This document shows positions 55,507 to 64,000 of a DNA stretch of 64,000 bases, one piece after another (the stretch's first letter is position 1; every line of letters starts with the position of its first letter). The notes below the pieces were generated by a model. That model did no database searches, was not told where the DNA came from, and saw nothing but the letters and a program-made list of their open reading frames with translations. The DNA is taken from positions 21,886,001 through 21,950,000 of the forward strand of contig OX597820.1 of NCBI GenBank assembly GCA_951406725.2, given 5' to 3'. This DNA is from Octopus vulgaris (taxonomy: Eukaryota). Made by a program: the position numbers and the translations under genes.

Positions 55507-56087
55507 CTGAAGTTCAAATTCCGCCGAGGTCGACTTTGCCTTTCATCCTTTTGGAGTCGGTAAATGACACTGAGTGACACTGGGGTAAAATATACGAAGC
55601 TCAGTATACCCGTCTGATAAAGGGTACACTAGGTACATGCATCACAACCATATGTGCGCGACTTGGTGATCTCATATCAAGATAAACAGCACATGACCTT
55701 GCAGGTGTGACCCAGTTAGAATTTTCTTCTGGTCGAGTAACTCATCCCGCTCAAAAGGTCCCTGAATGAGGGTTGTTTGAGGATTTTGAACGAAACACCC
55801 ATGTTTCCAGAGGTGAATTATTCAAACGCCAAAGAATCCCTCTCAACACATGGCTATGTTGTTCCTCCACTACTTCTGCTCGTGATCAGAGATGCACATA
55901 TCGTCAGCCACTAAGGGACATAGTCAACTGGTTACGGTCAAACAACTGACAAGCAAATCTGTGGTATTGAGCAGAATATTTGCTGTAGGTCATCTTTTAT
56001 ACCAAGACAAAGCATTGTACATGATAACACTTCCAATCAGTTAAGATCAGAAGCCACGAGAGCTACTGCCTGGTACTGCATCAGGGC

Positions 56088-56090
<3 letters not shown>
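55507..56090 (+). mobile_element. SINE-A fragment joined to an approx. 520-bp unclassified retroposon 3' region
   Basis: A core 55507-55565; terminal 145 bp shared with 32145-32290; (ATT)n follows. Confidence 0.75.
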
Positions 56091-56552
<462 letters not shown>

Positions 56553-56915
56553 AAGACTTCATTGTTAACAGCCGACCAACATTTAGCAACAGACGATAAC
56601 TAACATTTACTTAGAACTACCAAACAACTGCCAACGACTGCCTACTTATCCATAACAGGTAACTGGTGTGAGCCGCTAACAATAACGATTACTATCAGAT
56701 AATTACTATTAATAACAATCAGGAGTGAATTACTGCTGTTTCTTTGTCTTTCTTTTATTTATTTGACTCTATTTTCTATTCAGTCATTTACAGTTTATTA
56801 CAGATTCTCTTCTCGCTTGTATTACTTTCGTTGTAAAAAAAAAACTGAAGTTGCTATCCTGTTATCTTTCTACCTATGACTTTCTGTGCCTTTCGCTTTA
56901 TCACACCATACTCTC

Positions 56916-57014
56916 ATGTATGTACGCAAGTATGTATGTATGTATGTATGTATGTATGTATGTATGTATGTATGTATGTATGTATGTATGTATGTATGTA
57001 TGTATGTATGTATG

Positions 57015-57045
<31 letters not shown>

Positions 57046-57066
57046 GTATGTATGCATGCATGTGTG

Positions 57067-57097
<31 letters not shown>

Positions 57098-57205
57098 GTA
57101 TGTATGTATGTATGTAAGTATGCATGCATGCATGTATGTATGTGTGTATGTATGTATGTATGTATGTATGTATGTGTATCTATATATCTGTGTATGTGTG
57201 TATGA
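56916..57205. repeat. (TATG)n array
   Basis: Direct inspection. Confidence 0.98.
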
Positions 57206-57409
57206 GAGACAGAGGTATGAGAGACAGATGTAAAAACAGCGTTGAAAAGCAGTTTACTGTGGTATTCATCCGGAGATAACATCTCTTATAGACGTGCTGG
57301 TACTAAAAATACTATATATATATATATATATATATATATTTAAATATCGAAAGATGAAAATTGTCCAAGCTACTGAGAATAACAGTTGTATTTCAGGGTC
57401 ATTGGAATA

Positions 57410-57457
<48 letters not shown>

Positions 57458-57723
57458 ATAAAAGATCATGAGTAAGGCCAAAACAATGCGAAGTGAATGC
57501 AAGGTAAATCACGAAAAAACATATGTGAATTAATGTCGACTTACGTTGTATTCAATATTTCGGGGTTATGACCTCATTTTCAAGAAATTGACGAATGTTG
57601 TGGATGTGTGTGTGTGTGAGCGTGTGTTTTCTTGCGTGTAATTTACCTTGCATTTACTTCGCATTGTTTTAGCCTTACCCACGATCTTTTATACAATATA
57701 CTCATAGTATATGCTTCATAGTA

Positions 57724-57789
<66 letters not shown>

Positions 57790-57865
57790 GAAGACATTTC
57801 GTATTTTACAAGATTATATACTTATATTTATTAATGTTTTTTAATTATTTTATTGTTTTTATCTT

Positions 57866-57948
57866 TAACCTGAAGAGTGACTATATCTATATTGGATTGA
57901 TTTTACTGCTATCATTTCTTAAATATAGCCAAGAAACACGTGTAGTTA
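57866..57948 (+). ncRNA. Type-I hammerhead-like motif in an AT-rich pLTR-like repeat
   Basis: taac-CTGAAGA-(ctatat..atatag stem II)-GAAAC-ACGT-GTA-gtta; palindromic ACACGTGT stem III. Confidence 0.65.
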
Positions 57949-58107
57949 TTCTACCAAATATATGCGTTTTATTTATTATTTTGCATATTACTTAATCATT
58001 GGTATATGTTTTTATCTTATATTTAATTTTTCTATAGGATGTAATTTTTCTAAATGTTATAATTTAATTTTTTCATTGTTGAATTGATAAAAGGTGGTTC
58101 TTTTACA

Positions 58108-58176
<69 letters not shown>

Positions 58177-58303
58177 AATGTATGTATGTATGTATGTATG
58201 TATGTATGTATATTATATTTTGTGAAATTTGATTTAGTATTTCTAAATTTAATTTTTCCCTGGAAGTTTGGAATAATATTCCCTCATATTATTATTATAA
58301 TTA

Positions 58304-58371
<68 letters not shown>

Positions 58372-58388
58372 TGGGGCACGATGTCCGA

Positions 58389-58788
58389 TGAGTGGCTGTG
58401 TGGTAAATAGCTTGCATACCAACCACATGGTTCCGGGTTCAGTCCCACTGCGTGGCACCTTGGGCAGGTGTCTTCTACTATAGACTCGGGCCGACAAAAC
58501 CTTGTGAGTGGATTTGGTAGACGGAAACTGAAAAAAGCCCGTCTTTATATTTATATGCATATATAAATGTGTGTGTGTTTGTGTGTCTGTGTTTGTCCCC
58601 CCAACATCGCTTGACAACCGATGCTGATGTGTTTACGTCCCCGTAACAATCACGGTTCGGCAAAAGAGACCGATAGAATAAGTACTACGCTTACAAAGAA
58701 TAAGTCCTGGGGTCGATTTGCTCGACTACAGGCGGTGCTCCAGCATGGCCACAGTCAAGTGACTGAAACAAGTTAAGGAGTAAAAAGA
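58389..58788 (+). mobile_element. SINE-B
   Basis: Full consensus match. Confidence 0.92.
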
Positions 58789-59299
58789 ATACCATCAACT
58801 ATTTCTTTCAAGTGATGTGGATCCAACTACAAGGAATTTGTTGATTTTGTTTGTTGTTCTTTCTTGTTGATTTTTTTTTTTGGGGGGGGGGTATCTTTTT
58901 CTGTACATGCGCTTAGGGATATTTGAACTGATTAACCTAACTTTTTGTCACTCTTCTGCCAATAAATAATAATGTCATTAAAATTTATCGCTGATTTGGC
59001 TGACAACTTTCAATTCAAATTGAGTTGTAAATTTGCCAGTCAAATGACATCAATCAAAATAGCCCAGGGACATTTTCTCAACGACATACGTCAAAACTGT
59101 ATTGTATTTCGGCTGCAAACAATAACAATCCGCCATTTTGGACTTGTATAAGCGGAAAATTAATTGCAAGAATTAATTGCTGGAAAATGTGGCAGTTGGA
59201 TAGATGGAATATTTTAGTGTTCTCTGCATTCGTAACTCTGCGTGGATTATATGTGGGTCTCTTTGGAAATTTTCCTGTGTGGGTGTGGGTGTTGGAGGG

Positions 59300-59387
59300 G
59301 CGTGTGTGTACGTATGTATGTATATGCATAGGTATATACATAAACATATATATATATAGATAGATAGATAGATAGACATAAATATAC

Positions 59388-59451
<64 letters not shown>

Positions 59452-59717
59452 GCATTTCTATACATGCACATATATACAATATATGCGCATATATTCATGT
59501 ATGTGTATATATATGTATATACATATTTATATGCATATATATATATATATACATATACATATACATATACATGCATAAATACATATATATATATATATAT
59601 ATGCATACATATATATATATGTATATATACATATATGTATATATATTTACATATGAATGTATACATATATATATGTACGTTTCTATGTTTATATGTGTGT
59701 GTATACACATACACTCA

Positions 59718-59777
<60 letters not shown>

Positions 59778-59822
59778 TCACAATGCGTGCATGTATGAGC
59801 ATCTATATGTGTGTGTGTGTGC

Positions 59823-59855
<33 letters not shown>
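59300..59855. repeat. Compound TA/TG/CA/GA microsatellite tract
   Basis: Direct inspection. Confidence 0.95.
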
Positions 59856-59858
<3 letters not shown>

Positions 59859-60413
59859 GAGGAAGAGGAAGAGAGCGGGGGAAGGAGAGCGAGCATAACA
59901 TCTCGCCAGTCTTCAAATATGAGCAAAATGTGTTTGTGTTCGCGAGAGGTAAGTTTTAGGATTCCTATGAAACAGTGGTTGAATATACGTGTTGGAAAAT
60001 ATGTATTATTAAGTTCTGCGCTTATAAATATTTGCCGTTACCAGTTAAAAGTGAATATTTCCTGTTGCTATTTTCACAAACAATCTGCTTTCATCTTGGA
60101 GTGCTAAAACATTCAGAACTCGGCTAATAAATTGCTTTTGTGAAAAAAATGTACATTAGTCGGATTGGATAAAGTATATGAATAATATAATGTGCAAGCG
60201 TTCGTTTAATAAGTGAAATGCAAATGGTCCATCAAAGAAAACCACTTACAGATCTAAAGGTACCCTAAACATTGTTTTAAATGTCAATAGAATAAATAAG
60301 ATAAAGTATATCAGACTACTAGCTAACAAGAGAGACTCTACATTTGCCTGCTATTTGTAGCAGGTTATTCAATATGCTAGATATAGCAGTCAAATTTCCC
60401 TGAAATCACAACC

Positions 60414-60796
60414 GTTTCAGTAATTTGACTGTGGCCATACTGGAGCACCGCCTTTAGTCGAGCCAAATCGACTCCAGGACTTATTCTTTGTAAGCCTAGT
60501 ACTTATCCTGTCGGTTTCTTTTGCCAAACCGCTAAGTTACGGGGACGTAAACACACCAGCATCGGTTGTCAAGCGATGCTGGGGAGACAAACAGACACAC
60601 AAACATATACGCACACACACATATATATATATACATATATACGATGGGTTTCTTTCAGTTTCCGTCTGCCAAAACCACTCACAACGATTTGGGCGGCCCG
60701 AGACTATAGTAGAAGACACTTGCCCAAGATACCATGCAATGGGACTGAACCCGGAACCATGTGGTTCGTAAGGAAGCTACTCACCACACAGCCACT
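60414..60796 (-). mobile_element. SINE-B
   Basis: Reverse-complement consensus. Confidence 0.9.
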
Positions 60797-60833
60797 ATCA
60801 TCATAATAGTAATTTACACCCTCGAAAATATAT

Positions 60834-61368
60834 CTCTTTTAGTCTTTTACTTGTTTCAGTCATTAGACTGTGGCCATGCTGGAGCAAGGCCTTGAAGAAT
60901 TTTTGGTCGAATGAATTGACACCCCAACCCACCCAATCCTTTTCGTTTCATTTTTAAGCCTGGTGCTTATTCTATCGGGTTCTTTGGCCAAACCGCTAAG
61001 TTACGGGGACGTAAACATGCCAACATCGGTTGTCAAGCGGTGGAGGCGACAAACATAAACACAAAGGCACACATATATATATATATGTACGAATGCATAT
61101 ATATATATATATGTACGAATGTATATATATATATACATACATACATACATACATACATACATACATACATACATACATACATACATACATACATACATAC
61201 ATACATACGACGAGCCTCTTTCAGTTTCCGTCAACCAAATTCAGTCACAAGGCATTGGTCTCCTGTGGCTATAGTGAAAAATACTTGCCCAAGGTGCCAA
61301 GCAGTGGGACTGAACCCGAAACCATGTGGTTGGGAAGCAAACTTCTTACCACACAGCTACACCTCTGC
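60834..61368 (-). mobile_element. SINE-B (older variant)
   Basis: Reverse-complement consensus with internal (CATA)n. Confidence 0.88.
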
Positions 61369-61790
61369 AAAAATTCATCAAACGTGCGTCTTTTTAGAGA
61401 GTTAAATGTAAGCAAAGGTGGCATTGTATTGTCGATTTGAAATGCATACAGGAATATTTATGTGGATTAAGCAGTTTGCTTCGTAACTACGTGGTTTTGG
61501 GTGCAGGCCCTCGGCGTGACAGCTTAAGCAAGTATCTTTTACTATGACTTTGCGTTAACCAAAGGTTTGTGACCGGCGTAAACTGTCCGGAAACGATTCA
61601 GAGAAACTATTCCTGTTCGTGGATAATAGACTTAATCCATAATCCTGTTTAACACCTCCGTCTGGCCCTTGAGTGTGTTTAGCAAAATCTACTTTGTTCC
61701 AGATATTAAGGTCAGCCTCCGGGTTTAGCATAGCTGCTCTTCCTCTTCCGACGAAGCCATTACACACCAACACCAACACCAACACCTTCA

Positions 61791-62206
61791 GTGGAGGCGC
61801 AATAGCACAGCGGTTAGGGCAACGGACTCGCGGTCGGAGGATCGCGGTTTCGATTCCCAGACCGGGCGTTGTGTGTGTTTATTGAGCGAAAACACCTAAA
61901 GCTCCACGAGGATCCGGCAGGGGATGGTGGCGACCCCTGTTGTACTCTTTCGCTCCAACTTTCTCTCACTCTTTCTTCCTGTTCCTTATCCCCGACTTCC
62001 TACGCAACCGCTGAGCCTGGATGCGCATTCATCCATCTGTCGATGCTCTCGGTGTCGGGGGTTGACCTGCTGTTTCTTCTGCGGGTCTTACGAATAGCAA
62101 AGGACCACGTTTCGGACTTCTCCCACTAAAGACAATCCTGAGGCGCGATCTTGCGAGCTCTGGGACGAAGACCGCTTCGCTCAACAAACAAACAAACAAA
62201 CAAAAA
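61791..62206 (+). mobile_element. SINE-C with tail type 3, (AAAC)n end and 10-bp TSD
   Basis: TSD aacaccttca at 61781-61790 and 62207-62216. Confidence 0.9.
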
Positions 62207-62441
62207 AACACCTTCAACATCACCAATGAAAACAGTTGTAAGAAATCAAATGTAAATAAAGAAACATAAGGAAAATATATTATAAATACTGTTTATTTCA
62301 AATATGTATATTCACGTAACAGCTTCTTTCTTTATAAGGCATAGGCATTTGCTCCCCAGCTTTATTTTATAAACAACATCTGAGATATAAAATGGAGAAT
62401 TTTATAATTTTATATATTCAAATATGTTACTGCTAAGCTAT

Positions 62442-62643
62442 CTTTTACTTGCTTCATTTGACTGCGGCCGTGCTGGAGCAATGCCTTTAGTCGAACAAAT
62501 CGGCCCCTGTACTTATTCTTTGTAAGCCTAGTACTTATTTTATCAGTTTCTTTTTGCGGAACCGCTAAGTTACGGGGACCTAAACACACCAACATCAGTT
62601 GTCAAGCGATGGTAGGCGGGCAAACAGACATAAGTAACAAATG

Positions 62644-62700
<57 letters not shown>

Positions 62701-62855
62701 TTATGTACGACGGGCTTCTTTCAGTTTCCGTCTACTAAATCCACTCACAAGGCTTTGGTCGGTCCGAAGTGCCCAAAGTGCCACGCAGTGGGACTGAACC
62801 CGGAACCTTGTGGTTAAGGAGCAATCTTCTTACCACACAGCCATTCCAGCACCTA
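62442..62855 (-). mobile_element. SINE-B
   Basis: Reverse-complement consensus with a small deletion. Confidence 0.9.
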
Positions 62856-62891
62856 TTATTTTAGTAACTGTTGAAATTATAATTTTATATA

Positions 62892-63720
62892 TAGGCACAA
62901 GACCAGAAATGTGGTGGGAAAGGGTTATTCGATTAAATCGATCCAATAATTGATTGGTACTTGGAATGAGATACCAAAATGTACAACTGACCTCGGTAGA
63001 ATTTGAACTTGGAATGTAAAGAACCGGTTACAAATACTGCAAAGTACTTTGTCTGATGGTCTCACGATTCTGCTGGAATAATTGTTTCTAACACAGGCGC
63101 AAGATCAGCTGTTTTAAAAGGAAGTGGGGGTTGTCAATTAGATCGACCCCTTCACTTGACGGGTACATCATTTTATTGACCCGGAAAGGATGACCTCGGC
63201 GGGTTTTTGAGTTGAGGGGGTAAACACCGCAAGGCATTTTGCCCGACACTATGGCCAGTGATGATTTGAATCAAGAAGCATTTCAGGCGAATTAACCACT
63301 GTAAACAAGTGCCCGTCATATGTGTCACGCAGAATCCCTCAATGTGGTCATTCGATCAGCTAAAAATGACAGCCAAATCTCCTCTAAATCATATCCTACC
63401 ACCTCAAAAAAGGCAGGAAGGAAACATATGTGTAAAGGATAAAATAGTCTTGAATACATTAGCATGAAAGAGAAAAAAAAAAACAGAATGATCAAAGATT
63501 AGACGCTTTTGATTACATGCTCATCCAATCAGTACTGACCAGGGCCTAAATGTATTTGTGAGGAGATTAGTCGATACCATCGACCTCAGGGCTCGAATGG
63601 TACTTTATATTTTAGTGACCCCAGAAGAATGGAAGGCAAAGTTGAATTTGAACTCAGAATGGAATGAGTCGGAATACCGCTTGGTATTTTGGCCCACACT
63701 ATAACGATTCTGACAAGACT
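62892..63720 (-). mobile_element. Several decayed SINE-A copies
   Basis: gacctcgg..aatttgaact, ggtact..gacccc motifs near 62890-63075, 63090-63250 and 63560-63715. Confidence 0.65.
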
Positions 63721-64000
63721 CTGCCTTTGACCAAGGGCTAAATAACCACAATATGTATTCAAATGAAACAAGGAAACTGCCGAAATATATAATATGGGAC
63801 AGTAACGATTGGAATACTGTTCATTGGGTTCTACTTGAGAACAGTGGTCCCAGTGCGCGCACTCGCGTAGTCGCGCATCCGCACTACCTAGTCATGACTA
63901 GTCGATCCTTACTTTGTGTTTTTGTATTTTATTTACTTTGTTTAAAAAAAATTATTTACTTTGTGTATAAAAATTATTTATTTTGTGTTTTATTTACTTT

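Noticed and set aside
57555-57590. Minus-strand hammerhead-like layout (TTGAAAA..GAAA)
   Set aside because: Two core substitutions and only a 3-bp stem I; too degenerate to support
61555-61785. 76-aa minus-strand ORF in non-repetitive DNA
   Set aside because: No recognisable motif or convincing splice sites; length is compatible with chance

Overview
AT-rich, repeat-saturated eukaryotic non-coding DNA (intergenic or deep intronic). The SINE families and microsatellite load look like an Octopus-type cephalopod genome; this is my inference, not a database result. No intact protein-coding gene can be supported, and nearly all long ORFs in the track are translations of microsatellites. The window contains four tRNA-head SINE families (labelled A-D here) in dozens of copies, decayed RLE-type (R4/Dong-like) and L1/Tx1-like LINE fragments, a Penelope-like element (RT thumb plus GIY-YIG remnant) with pseudo-LTR (pLTR) relatives, four Tc1/mariner remnants (two DD34D-type, two DD37D-type) and several MITE-like hairpins. 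The most interesting signals are: (i) several unrelated minimal type-I hammerhead ribozyme motifs in short repeats lodged in microsatellites; (ii) SINE-A head-to-tail multimers with fixed internal junctions, two of them bounded by a single target-site duplication (TSD); (iii) a MITE carrying TTAGGG repeats; (iv) SINE heads swapping tails. Repeat boundaries were read by eye and are approximate unless TSDs or TIRs are quoted.
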